Assembly (NCBI GenBank): GCA_022825745.1
Contig: JAJDWF010000114.1
Span: 4,515-68,514 of the forward strand
Reading direction: 5' to 3'
Source: Dehalococcoidia bacterium
Lineage (GTDB): Bacteria > Chloroflexota > Dehalococcoidia > Lucifugimonadales > UBA3495
DNA length: 64,000 nucleotides
The position numbers and the translations under genes were made by a program. How positions within the stretch are numbered: the stretch's first letter is position 1; every line of letters starts with the position of its first letter. Shown here one piece after another: positions 37,580 through 46,263 of this stretch. Under the pieces are notes generated by a model. The model had not been told where the DNA came from. It did no database searches and saw only the letters and a list, made by a program, of their open reading frames with translations.

Positions 37580-37606
37580 GGATTCCGGCTTTCGCCGGAA
37601 TGACGG
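37580..37606. repeat. REP-like hairpin family 2 copy ggattccggctttcgccggaatgacgg
   Basis: Stem attccggc/gccggaat (37582-37601). Differs from the 13376 copy by a compensatory C:G to G:C swap. Confidence 0.55.
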
Positions 37607-37617
37607 GTGTGGTTGAG

Positions 37618-38067
37618 CTAGTCGATGACCAGCACGGTGTTCTCCCGGCCCTCGCGGCGCATTTCGGCGAGGCCCTCTTCGGGGGTATCGAACTTGTCGT
37701 AGTAGAACTCGATGCCGTTGCCGTCGGGGTCCTCGAAATAGACGCTGCCGGTCATGCCGTGGTCGGTGGTGCGGTCAACCTTGATGTCGTTTTCGATCAG
37801 GCTGTGGTAGAGGTCGCGCAGGGAGTCGAAGTCCTCGACCTGGACGGCGAAGTGGTTCAGGCCGATGTTGCCCTTGCGCGTGGCCGGCGAGTCGTCGGAC
37901 GCCTGGAACAGGGCCAGGTCGTGGTGAATCTCGCCGCAGGTCAGGAAGGTGGCGGTGGTGCGAGATACCGCGATCTGGAAGCCGAGAATTTCGGTGTAGA
38001 ACTTGGTCGATGCCTCCACGTCGGAGACGTTGATCACCAGATGGCCGACTTGCTTGGGTTTAACCAT
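37618..38067 (-). CDS. VOC (glyoxalase/bleomycin resistance/extradiol dioxygenase) family protein
   Basis: VGHLVINVSDVEASTKFYTEILGF..LNHFAVQV..SVYFEDPDGNGIEF. Confidence 0.8.
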   Translation of the reverse strand: MVKPKQVGHLVINVSDVEASTKFYTEILGFQIAVSRTTATFLTCGEIHHDLALFQASDDSPATRKGNIGLNHFAVQVEDFDSLRDLYHSLIENDIKVDRTTDHGMTGSVYFEDPDGNGIEFYYDKFDTPEEGLAEMRREGRENTVLVID

Positions 38068-38162
38068 ATTGCTGCTCCTTTCGTGAATAAGATGGGCGCC
38101 TGTTGAAAGTTAATATACGACAGTTGCCGCCAAGGGGCAAGAATCCGGCGGCAGGTGCGGCG

Positions 38163-39398
38163 TCAGATTTCGTCCATCCGGCGCACCATGGGGCGGTACA
38201 TCCAGCCGGCGACCGAGATGACCAGCAGCACCGCCGCGCCGCTGCTGATGGCGATGGACCAGCCGTAGAGTTGCGCCAGCCACGTGAGCGGCCACGCGCC
38301 CAGGAAGTGGAACACCGGGGCGAGCTGCATCATGGCCATCATGCGCCCGCGCATCTCCGGCGCGGTAGTGAGTTGCATCAGGGAGCTGGATACCGGCCAG
38401 AAACCGCCGATGCTGGTGGAACCGACCATGGCCACGAGAACGCAGCCGGCCCAGAACCAGGGGGTCCAGGCCATCACGATCAGGCCGACGCAGCACAGGG
38501 TTACCTCCAGGTACATCAAAAGCCCCTTGCGCTTGCGGTCGCCCCAACTGGCAACGACCATCGACCCGAGAAACGCGCCGCCGCCGCGCGCCATCATGAA
38601 GATCCCGGTCTGCGTGCCGTTCAGCTTGAGGAATTCCTGGGTGAAACCAACGACCACCTGCATGTAGGCCATGCCGAAGAACCCAAAGGACGCGGACATG
38701 AGGATCAGGACGGCGGCCATGGGTGTGCGAATGGCGTGGGCGAACCCTCCAATCAAATCGCTGATGGGCGACGAGTTACGCCTGGTCGTGGTGGGCGGCT
38801 TGGCCATCATCAGCAGGAACACGATGCCCAGCAGGTAGCTGGCGCCGTTGATCATGATGGCGGCCCAGGTATCGATATTGTCGATGGCCCAGCCGCCGAC
38901 CAGCGGGCCAATCATGTTGCCAATCTGGCCGATGGAGGTGTGCAGTGCGACGGCGTTCATCATGTCCTCGCGAGGCACCAGGTCGGCGGCGAGGGCGAAA
39001 CGCGCCGGCATCTGCACCGCCATCAACCCGCCCAGGATGAAAACGACGACGTACACGTGCCAGACCTGCGCCAGGCCGGTCAGAGCTAGGAAGGCCAGGG
39101 AGAGGGTGACCGCGGCGTTGCCCAGAACGCAGAAAATCAGGAACAGCTTGCGGTCCACTCGGTCGGCCAGCACCCCGCCGACAAAGGTAAAGAACAGATT
39201 GGACACGCCGAAAATGCTGACCGCCAGGCCCAGCGACGTTTTATCGCCCGTCAGGTCATAGATGAGCCAGCCGATGCCCAGGAACTGGATGCCCTGGCCG
39301 AAGGACTGAACGCCGATATTCAAAAAGAACCACCGGAAATCCCGGTGGCGCAGCGCGGAGAATGTACTGAGCCGGCTGGTAACGGCAGCGGCGGCCAT
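38163..39398 (-). CDS. MFS transporter
   Basis: FRWFFLNIGVQSFGQGIQ.., GGVLADRVDRK; 12-TM-like profile. Confidence 0.8.
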   Translation of the reverse strand: MAAAAVTSRLSTFSALRHRDFRWFFLNIGVQSFGQGIQFLGIGWLIYDLTGDKTSLGLAVSIFGVSNLFFTFVGGVLADRVDRKLFLIFCVLGNAAVTLSLAFLALTGLAQVWHVYVVVFILGGLMAVQMPARFALAADLVPREDMMNAVALHTSIGQIGNMIGPLVGGWAIDNIDTWAAIMINGASYLLGIVFLLMMAKPPTTTRRNSSPISDLIGGFAHAIRTPMAAVLILMSASFGFFGMAYMQVVVGFTQEFLKLNGTQTGIFMMARGGGAFLGSMVVASWGDRKRKGLLMYLEVTLCCVGLIVMAWTPWFWAGCVLVAMVGSTSIGGFWPVSSSLMQLTTAPEMRGRMMAMMQLAPVFHFLGAWPLTWLAQLYGWSIAISSGAAVLLVISVAGWMYRPMVRRMDEI

Positions 39399-39403
39399 GA
39401 CGA

Positions 39404-40129
39404 TCAGGCGGCCTCCGAAGCTGAGAGCAGGCGGTCGGCCAGTTGGTTGAAGTCCGCAACCTCGAAATCGGGCAGGTACGGCGACTCCTCGTTGGGCAGG
39501 TCGTAGCGGTTGACGTAAGCGGCGCGATAGCCGCAGGCCCGGGCGCCGGTGATGTCGAAGGAGTGGGCAGCGACCATCATAATCTCGCCGGGCGATTTGC
39601 CCAGGATGCGGGCGGCGGTGCGGTACACGGCCGGATGCGGCTTGAAAGAGCCGGCCTTTTCCACGGAGATGATGTCGTCAAACGGCACGCCGATGTTGTC
39701 GCGCACCAGTTTCTCCAGGTAGCCCTGCTCGCCGTTGGAAAGGGCCACCATGCGGAAGCGGCCACTGTCGGCCAGCCGCCGCAGGCCGGCCACCGCGTCG
39801 TCGTAGGGACGCAGGCCGTCGTACGCGGCCATGAATTGCGCCACGGCATCGTAGGTGAAGTCCACCTTGTGCAGCCGCAGGCAGTAGATGAAGGAACGGC
39901 GGCAGGTTTCTAGGTAGCCGCTGTGTCCCAGCATGAACAGGTTGTCCTGGTACTGCTCAATGCGCTGCCGCCCGCGCCAGTCGGCCCAGAGTTGCTCGCC
40001 GGTCACCGATGAACCGCAGGCTTTGAGGAACGCATCGGTGGGGCCGATCAGGCTGCCGCCCAAGTCCAGCACCGTGCCGAACATGTCGAAAGCAAGGGTG
40101 TTGGCCTGGGCGATGGAATTGCTTGGCAT
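39404..40129 (-). CDS. HAD superfamily hydrolase, haloacid dehalogenase type II-like
   Basis: AFDMFGTVLD (DxxGT motif I), ALSNG (motif II), FKPHPAVY and MVAAHSFD motifs. Confidence 0.8.
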   Translation of the reverse strand: MPSNSIAQANTLAFDMFGTVLDLGGSLIGPTDAFLKACGSSVTGEQLWADWRGRQRIEQYQDNLFMLGHSGYLETCRRSFIYCLRLHKVDFTYDAVAQFMAAYDGLRPYDDAVAGLRRLADSGRFRMVALSNGEQGYLEKLVRDNIGVPFDDIISVEKAGSFKPHPAVYRTAARILGKSPGEIMMVAAHSFDITGARACGYRAAYVNRYDLPNEESPYLPDFEVADFNQLADRLLSASEAA

Positions 40130-40152
40130 GGGCGAGGTCTCCGGCTCAGACG

Positions 40153-40395
40153 CTATTCGGCGGGCTTGATGTTTTCGATATTGGTCTCGTCAACGTTGAT
40201 CTGGCGCTTGACGCTGTCGAAATAGACGATGAGCCAGGTGGCGGGGCCGATGGTGCGCTTTTCGCGTACCTCGCCAACGTCGCCGGTGGTGATGCTGCGC
40301 ACGGACGAGCCGACCGGGGAGGCCATGACTTCGCGGACCTCGAAGTCGGCGACGGCTTCGACTTTCATTCCCTTTTCATACAGGTCAAAACTCAT
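40153..40395 (-). CDS. Hypothetical small protein (80 aa)
   Basis: ATG 40395 after AGGAGG; good GC3 bias. Only the C-terminal 80 codons of track ORF 40153..40956 look real. Confidence 0.5.
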   Translation of the reverse strand: MSFDLYEKGMKVEAVADFEVREVMASPVGSSVRSITTGDVGEVREKRTIGPATWLIVYFDSVKRQINVDETNIENIKPAE

Positions 40396-40633
40396 CGGGA
40401 TACCTCCTGGGGGAAAGCGGCGCAAATGGGCTGGAGAATACTGCCGTTGCAGTGTACGAGCCGACGGTAACAGTGTCAACGAACGCAACCCTCGCCCGTG
40501 CGCCGGTGGTTCGACAGGCTTGCCATGCGCGGGCGGCACGGGAGTTCTCGTTACTGGACGGAGTAGTTGGGGGCGGGTATGATTGATTCGGCAATTGACC
40601 CATCGCAAAACTATCCGGAGGTACACTGCTGCA

Positions 40634-40993
40634 ATGAAAATCGTAAAGATGTCGGATGTGGAACGGACTGAAGGCACCGCGCCCTTGTTCACCGGGCCGG
40701 TGGGCCGGCAGGCGATCCTCGACCCCGACGACAGCAACAACTTCAACTTCGGCATCGTCCACTTCGGCGCCGGCGTGCGCAACAAGTTCCACACCCACAG
40801 CGGCGACCAGATCCTGATCGTCACCGAGGGCACCGGCATCGTCGCCACCCGCGACGAGGAAGTGACCGTGACCGAGGGCGACGTCGCCATTATCCCGGCC
40901 GGCGAAGACCACTGGCACGGCTCCCGGGAAACGGCCATGTCCCACATCACCATCACGGTGAAGGGCAGCCAGACCCAGCAGAACGAAGACTAA
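40634..40993 (+). CDS. Cupin domain protein
   Basis: GIVHFGAGVRNKFHTHSGDQILIVTEGTGIV..GDVAIIPAGEDHWHG (cupin motifs 1 and 2). Confidence 0.75.
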   Translation: MKIVKMSDVERTEGTAPLFTGPVGRQAILDPDDSNNFNFGIVHFGAGVRNKFHTHSGDQILIVTEGTGIVATRDEEVTVTEGDVAIIPAGEDHWHGSRETAMSHITITVKGSQTQQNED

Positions 40994-41015
40994 TCCGGTT
41001 TCATAACCGGAACGG

Positions 41016-41051
41016 CGCAGGGGCGAATAATCATTCGCCCCTGCGTTTTTG
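41016..41051 (+). terminator. Rho-independent terminator built on a family 1 palindrome
   Basis: cgcaggggcgaataatcattcgcccctgcg followed by tttttgtt, 23 nt after the cupin stop. Confidence 0.65.
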
Positions 41052-41070
41052 TTATCGTGCCGGCCGGGGC

Positions 41071-42570
41071 CTAGTGGCGATGGCCGTGTCCTTCGTGCCC
41101 GGATTCACCGTGGTGGTCGTGGCCGTGTCCCTGGCCATGGTCGCCGTGGTGGTCATGGGCATCGGACCCATGGGGCGCGTGTCCGTGGTCGTCGTGGTGC
41201 TGATGATCGTGGTGGTCGTCAACCGGGGCCGCTTGCGGCAGCCGGATGATGCCCAGCAGCAGCGCCGCAACCAGATAGAGCGCGCCGGTGTAGTAGAAGA
41301 GGTAGTCGTAGTTGATGCCGTAGAGCCACCCCGCGATGATCGGGGACGCGGCGCTGAGGATGAACCGGGAAGTTGAAAGCAGGCCCAGGGTGGTCGCTGC
41401 CGTCCCTTCGCGTACGATGTCCATCGCGGCCGCCGTCAATATGGGCTGGTCGCTGTACAGGAACAGCCCGAGCAGGGCTAGCAGGATCGTCATCATCCCG
41501 AGGTTGGACCCCAATGGCGCCATGAGCAGCGTCACCACGGCCAGGAACAGCATTCCGGGAATCAGCACGATTTTGCGGTTCAGCCGGTCGGATAGATAAC
41601 CCATCACCGGGCTGGCGAAGATGCCCACCAGCACCAGCAGGCCCACCAGCGACCCGCGTATGAACAGGTTCTCAAAGCTGCGGTGCTCGGTGAGCGTGCT
41701 GCCCAGGCCCAATTCGTCCACCAGGTAAAGGGGCAGGACGGTGATGAACCCAATGTAGGCCATGCCGCGGAGGCCGGCCACTACGGTGATGCCCCAGACG
41801 CGGGGATTGCGTACCAGCAGCTTGGTCTCGGCGATCTGCGTCTGCATGGTGCTGACGGCCCGCTCTTCCACCGCGGCCTGGGCACGCTGCCCGATGTCGC
41901 GGAAGGCCCAGAAAACCAGGAAGGCCAGGAAAATAGGCACGGCGGCGTAGATGGTGATGATGGCCTGCCACGCCAGCACGGCCAGCAAGGCTCCGGTCAG
42001 GACCGGGCCGATCACGTCGCCGATGTTGCCGCCCACGCCGTGCAGCGACAGCACGGAGCCGCGCCGGTGGGTGAAGTGGGACGACAACGCGGCCATGGCC
42101 GGCAGGTGCCAGACCGACGCGGCGATTGCCACCACCGCCATGCCGATGACCAGCAGGGCGTAACCGACCGGGTTGAGCGTCGTGGCGGAAGGCGATGATA
42201 CCCAGGTGGCGCCAGGAACCTGCCAGCCGGCCGAGGCCATCAGCAGCCAGCCGACGCCGAACATGGCCATGCACACGGCCATGACCCAGCCCCAGTAGCG
42301 GCGCAGGGCGTCGGTCAAAACGCCGCCGGGCAGCGCGACCACGCCGGAGGCAATCTCGCGGGTGGTCTGGAGGCTGGTGGCGGCGATGACGCTGCCGCCC
42401 AGCAGCAGGTCGCGCACCTCCGGCAGAACGACGATGAAGCTCTGGGCGATGGAGTGAAACACGCCATGCCCGCTGGACAGGCCGCCGATGACAAATGCCG
42501 CGCCTCTTCGGAACCCGGTGCGGCCCTCCGTTACCGAGGGAGCGGCGTGATGGTGATGAGCGTGCGCCAT
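41071..42570 (-). CDS. MFS transporter with His-rich N-terminus and a long His/Asp/Gly-rich C-terminal tail
   Basis: N-terminus MAHAHHHHAAP. C-terminus PVDDHHDHQHHDDHGHAPHGSDAHDHHGDHGQGHGHDHHGESGHEGHGHRH. A 12-TM-like core lies between. Confidence 0.75.
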   Translation of the reverse strand: MAHAHHHHAAPSVTEGRTGFRRGAAFVIGGLSSGHGVFHSIAQSFIVVLPEVRDLLLGGSVIAATSLQTTREIASGVVALPGGVLTDALRRYWGWVMAVCMAMFGVGWLLMASAGWQVPGATWVSSPSATTLNPVGYALLVIGMAVVAIAASVWHLPAMAALSSHFTHRRGSVLSLHGVGGNIGDVIGPVLTGALLAVLAWQAIITIYAAVPIFLAFLVFWAFRDIGQRAQAAVEERAVSTMQTQIAETKLLVRNPRVWGITVVAGLRGMAYIGFITVLPLYLVDELGLGSTLTEHRSFENLFIRGSLVGLLVLVGIFASPVMGYLSDRLNRKIVLIPGMLFLAVVTLLMAPLGSNLGMMTILLALLGLFLYSDQPILTAAAMDIVREGTAATTLGLLSTSRFILSAASPIIAGWLYGINYDYLFYYTGALYLVAALLLGIIRLPQAAPVDDHHDHQHHDDHGHAPHGSDAHDHHGDHGQGHGHDHHGESGHEGHGHRH

Positions 42571-42617
42571 AGCGACCTCCTGTGGCCGTGGGTGCCGGTT
42601 GCGCGATTACGGGATGA

Positions 42618-43496
42618 TTACTCGAACGTGCCGGCGGATTCCCGGGGCAGCCGCGAAAGGCTGTCTTGAGAGCCCGGGAACCAGTTGCTGCGGATTTTGG
42701 ACCAGGACAATACTGCCACGAATAGAGCTGCCGAAAGCAGGACTACACTGGCTCCCGATGATACATCAACGAAGTAGCTGATGTAGATACCCAGCACGGA
42801 ACAGATTACGCCGATTCCCGTGGACAGAAGGACCATGATTCGGAAACTGTTGGTGAGCAGGCGGGCAACGATGGGAGGGATCACCACGGCGGCGGCGATC
42901 ATGGTCACGCCGAGCACCTGCATGGAAACCACCACGGTCCCGGCCAGCATCAGGGAAAACAGAGTGTCAACCCATCCGGTGGGAACACCGTAGAACTGTG
43001 CGACATCGGGGTCGAAGGTGGCAAAGAGGAACAGCTTGTAGGCAACGAAGAAAATCGCGGCGATCACCAGGGCGGCGACGGCAATGGCGATCAGGTCATC
43101 CCGGTCAACGGCCAGCACGCTTCCCCACAACGCAGCTTCGAAGTTGTGGGTGGCGGTGTGGCTGCGGCTGACAATGGCAATGCCCAGGGCGAAGCTGGCG
43201 GTGGTGATGATCCCGATGGCGGCGTCGGAGCCGATTGGGTTCTTGCGAGTGGTCCACGCGATGAGCATGGCCGACAGGAATCCCCAAACCGTTGCCCCAA
43301 TGAAGAAGTTGATCGACATGATGGCGCTCACGACGGCGCCCCCGAAAACGGCGTGGGAAAGCCCGTGCCCGATGTAAGACATGCCGCGCAGGACGATGTA
43401 CACGCCCATGAGGGCGCACAGCCCGCCGACCAGGCTGGCCGCGATGATGGCCCGCACGAAGAATCCGAATTCGAAGGGTTCCAGTAGCATGGGCAT
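42618..43496 (-). CDS. Metal (Zn/Mn) ABC transporter permease, ZnuB/TroCD-type
   Basis: MPMLLEPFEFGFFVRAIIAASLVGGLCALMGVYIVLRGMSYIGHGLSHAVFGG. The upstream 70 codons of the track ORF were rejected. Confidence 0.8.
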   Translation of the reverse strand: MPMLLEPFEFGFFVRAIIAASLVGGLCALMGVYIVLRGMSYIGHGLSHAVFGGAVVSAIMSINFFIGATVWGFLSAMLIAWTTRKNPIGSDAAIGIITTASFALGIAIVSRSHTATHNFEAALWGSVLAVDRDDLIAIAVAALVIAAIFFVAYKLFLFATFDPDVAQFYGVPTGWVDTLFSLMLAGTVVVSMQVLGVTMIAAAVVIPPIVARLLTNSFRIMVLLSTGIGVICSVLGIYISYFVDVSSGASVVLLSAALFVAVLSWSKIRSNWFPGSQDSLSRLPRESAGTFE

Positions 43497-43504
43497 TGCA
43501 GAGC

Positions 43505-44449
43505 CTAATCGCTGCTGGCGTCGTGGTGGTGGTGAGCGGGCACGTTGTCGCCCGTGGGGTGTGTATGGGGCAGGACGGGTTCCCGGTGGCTGTCGTCGGG
43601 CACGGTGGCCAGAGGTTCGCCGCCGTTGCGGTCGATCCAGAAGTGCGCGCTCTCCGCGACCATGGGCATGCCGTGGTACTGGATGACGGGCATCTCGGCG
43701 CCGTACACCTCCCACAGGATGTGCGGGGATATAACGCGGTTGGGCGGGCCGTCGGCGACGATGGTGCCGTTGATGCAGACGATCCGAGGTAGATGCACCG
43801 CCACCGTGTTGATTTCGTGGGTGGACTCGATGATGGTGACGCCGGCGTGGTTGAGGTCGTGCAGCAGATGCATCACGTCGTCGCGGGTTTTCACGTCCAC
43901 GCCGGCGGTGGGCTCGTCCAGCAGCAAAAGCTCGGGGCTGCTCACCAGGGCGCGCGCCAAGAAGACCCGCTGCTGCTGTCCGCCGGACAGTTGCCGGATA
44001 TGCCGTTTGCCCAGGTGGCCGATGCCCAACCGCTCCATCATGTCATAAGCCAGTTCCCGTTCCTGTTTCCGGAACCAGGGGAACCAGGCATTGGACATGG
44101 TGCGCCCCATCATCACCACTTCCTCCACCGTCACCGGAAAGTTCCAGTCGATGGTTTCCAGTTGCGGGACGTAGCCGGCGGGCTTGCTCCTGGCGCGCAC
44201 GGGGGTGTCATGCACCCTCAGTTCCCCGCTCTGCACCGGCACCGCGCCCAGGATTGTGCGTAGCAGCGTGGTCTTGCCGGAGCCGCTGGGTCCCAGCAGG
44301 CCGACGAAATCGCCGGGCATTATCTTGAGGTCCACGTCGCTGAGAACCGGGACGCCGTTGTAACCGGCCGAAACGTTTTTCAGTTCGACGATGGGCCGGG
44401 CGTTGGGGTCGGGCCTGTGGAGGTGTTCCAGCTCGGGGGGGTGCAGCAT
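43505..44449 (-). CDS. Metal ABC transporter ATP-binding protein (ZnuC-type) with C-terminal His-containing extension
   Basis: Walker A GPSGSGKTT, signature LSGGQQQR, Walker B LLLLDEP. The tail ends HTHPTGDNVPAHHHHDASSD. Confidence 0.85.
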   Translation of the reverse strand: MLHPPELEHLHRPDPNARPIVELKNVSAGYNGVPVLSDVDLKIMPGDFVGLLGPSGSGKTTLLRTILGAVPVQSGELRVHDTPVRARSKPAGYVPQLETIDWNFPVTVEEVVMMGRTMSNAWFPWFRKQERELAYDMMERLGIGHLGKRHIRQLSGGQQQRVFLARALVSSPELLLLDEPTAGVDVKTRDDVMHLLHDLNHAGVTIIESTHEINTVAVHLPRIVCINGTIVADGPPNRVISPHILWEVYGAEMPVIQYHGMPMVAESAHFWIDRNGGEPLATVPDDSHREPVLPHTHPTGDNVPAHHHHDASSD

Positions 44450-44505
44450 GGCGTATCCGTGTTGGTTGGCATAACCGTATTGATTGGTGAATGGGCTTGA
44501 TGGCG

Positions 44506-45537
44506 TTACTGAGGATAGACCGCGTTGGAAGCGCCTTCAAAGACAGGCGAGATGTCAACTGCGTCCAAAGCGGAGGCATCGCCGCCCAAAGCGGGAATGA
44601 TTATCCGCAAGTTCGCAACCTCAAGCCCCAGGTAGCTGTGGTCCGGGTCCCCCGGGCCGCCGGGCAGGTCATCGTCGCTCAGTTCGTCGATATAGGTGGC
44701 TCCCGACTCCGCGGCGATGGTCTCCATAATGTCGTTGGGAAATACCTCCGAGCCGAACACCGCCGGGATGCCCTCGGTCTTAATCTGGGTGATCAGGTCC
44801 GCTACCTCCTTGGCCGAGGGCTCCGAGAAGTCCTCCGGCTGGGCCGCGCCCACGACGGTTATACCATACCGGTCGGCGAAATAGGCCCAGGAGTCGTGGT
44901 AGGTGAGGAGTTTGCGATTTTCCGGCGGAATGGTGGGTATCGCCTCTTTGATGGCGGCGTCCAGGGACGCTATGCGCGCCGCAAACGCATCATAGTTGGT
45001 CGAGTAGTAATCGGCGTTAGCCGGGTCCCGGGCGGACAGGTTGTCCCGGACGATCTCGGCGTAGCGCAGCGTCAGGATGGGGTCGGGCCAGAGGTGCGGG
45101 TTAGGATGTCCCAGCTCTTCCGGGAAAGAGAAATCGAACTGCCATTGGTCGCGGCTGATGGTCTGTTCCCCCAAACTCACGATGGACGCCCCGGGCTTGA
45201 GGTTCGCCTTGGCCATCTCCAGGGTCGGTTCCTCCAGGAACAGGCCGTTAAGGAAGATCAGGTCCGCGCCGGACAGTGTGGCGGCGACGGATGGGGCGGG
45301 TTCGAAAGTGTGCGAGTTGACGCCTTCGGGCACCACGCCGGCCAGGTTGATGCGGGTTCCGCCGATGTTTTCCACCACGCTGGTGATGGGAGAAACCGTA
45401 CTGACAACATTCAGCGCGGAGGTCGCGGTCGAAGGTGATGATTCTGCCGGTTCGGTTGCGGCCGGCGCCGGGGCCGCCGCCGGCGAGCAGGCAACCATCA
45501 CTGCGGCGAAGACCAGCAGCAGGACGCCCGGCAGCAT
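44506..45537 (-). CDS. Metal ABC transporter substrate-binding lipoprotein (ZnuA/TroA family)
   Basis: MLPGVLLLVFAAVMVACS lipobox; SHTFEP, LFLEEP and HDSWAYFADRYG motifs. Confidence 0.8.
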   Translation of the reverse strand: MLPGVLLLVFAAVMVACSPAAAPAPAATEPAESSPSTATSALNVVSTVSPITSVVENIGGTRINLAGVVPEGVNSHTFEPAPSVAATLSGADLIFLNGLFLEEPTLEMAKANLKPGASIVSLGEQTISRDQWQFDFSFPEELGHPNPHLWPDPILTLRYAEIVRDNLSARDPANADYYSTNYDAFAARIASLDAAIKEAIPTIPPENRKLLTYHDSWAYFADRYGITVVGAAQPEDFSEPSAKEVADLITQIKTEGIPAVFGSEVFPNDIMETIAAESGATYIDELSDDDLPGGPGDPDHSYLGLEVANLRIIIPALGGDASALDAVDISPVFEGASNAVYPQ

Positions 45538-45587
45538 TGAAAACCTGGAGATTGACCTCCGGTGAAGTGGAGCTGGGTGGATGCGAT

Positions 45588-46016
45588 TTACGTTACGGCC
45601 CGGCATTGGTTGCACATGCCTCCTATGGTGATGTTGTCCAGGTTGGGAGAGAAGCCGAACTCTTGCTCCAGACGCTGGCTGAATTCAGCCAGGTAGTCGG
45701 GGGTGAGGGTCTGGACGCCGTCGCACACGGAGCAGACCATGTGGTTGTGGGGGTTGTGGTGGTCGGCCATTTCGAAGTGCAGCTTGTTGCCGATGATGAC
45801 CTCGGTCACCACGCCCAACCCCTTGAGCCATTGCAGCGTGCGATAAATCGTCGCCAGGTCAACGTAAGGGTGTTCCTCGCGGGCCAGGTTCCAGACTTCA
45901 TCCGCCCCGACGTGGCCGGTGCGACGGGCCACGATGTCCAGGACGGAAAGCCGCTGTGGGGTCATTCGGTAGCCCTGAGCGCGAAGCCGCGAAACCGCTG
46001 ATTCGTGTCCGGACAT
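45588..46016 (-). CDS. Fur family transcriptional regulator (Zur-like by context)
   Basis: YRMTPQRLSVLDIV.., HNHMVCSVCDGV.., GMCNQC (two CxxC pairs). Confidence 0.75.
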   Translation of the reverse strand: MSGHESAVSRLRAQGYRMTPQRLSVLDIVARRTGHVGADEVWNLAREEHPYVDLATIYRTLQWLKGLGVVTEVIIGNKLHFEMADHHNPHNHMVCSVCDGVQTLTPDYLAEFSQRLEQEFGFSPNLDNITIGGMCNQCRAVT

Positions 46017-46034
46017 GTGCGAACCTCCGTTAAT

Positions 46035-46046
46035 GCAAAAATTTGC
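46035..46046. promoter_or_regulatory. AT-rich imperfect palindrome gcaaaaatttgc upstream of the Fur-family gene (candidate Fur/Zur box)
   Basis: Seen 19 nt upstream of the start codon. Only a 5/6 half-site match; no consensus comparison was possible. Confidence 0.25.
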
Positions 46047-46198
46047 GCCAGCAAATAATAGCACAACACGCGCGGGTGTCAATAGCGGCGAGTGGCCGAA
46101 TGACGCAAAAAAGGGGCGGGTGATAAACCCGCCCCCGGGACTACTTTACAAACTTGATGGTTATTTATCAACTATCACGATATATACACATCATCTTA

Positions 46199-46227
46199 TT
46201 GACTAAATGGCCATTGCCATGTATGAT
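46199..46227 (+). promoter_or_regulatory. Near-consensus sigma70-type promoter of the J-protein/hspR/clpB operon
   Basis: TTGACT (46199-46204), 17-nt spacer, TATGAT (46222-46227), in an AT-rich tract. The inverted repeat ttgat-N8-atcaa lies at 46154-46171, just upstream. Confidence 0.4.
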
Positions 46228-46263
46228 GGTATCAGCACCATTTTATCAGGATCATTGACCGAA

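Noticed and set aside
40396-40956. N-terminal 187 codons of track ORF 40153..40956, and overlapping ORF 40385..40945
   Set aside because: Poor coding appearance, and antisense to the cupin gene 40634..40993. Only the last 80 codons, with their own AGGAGG-ATG, look genuine.
41074-41230. Repetitive gtggtcgtgg/catggtc DNA that looks like a short tandem or CRISPR-like array
   Set aside because: It is the coding sequence of the His/Asp/Gly-rich tail of the MFS protein (minus strand). There is no spacer/repeat architecture.
46113-46135. 9-bp-stem hairpin with an A-run on its 5' side (a T-run on the minus strand) between the divergent Fur-family gene and the J-protein gene; considered as the terminator of an unannotated minus-strand sRNA
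   Set aside because: No promoter or transcript can be inferred from sequence alone. It is more simply a member of the GC-rich palindrome family. Left as a note only.
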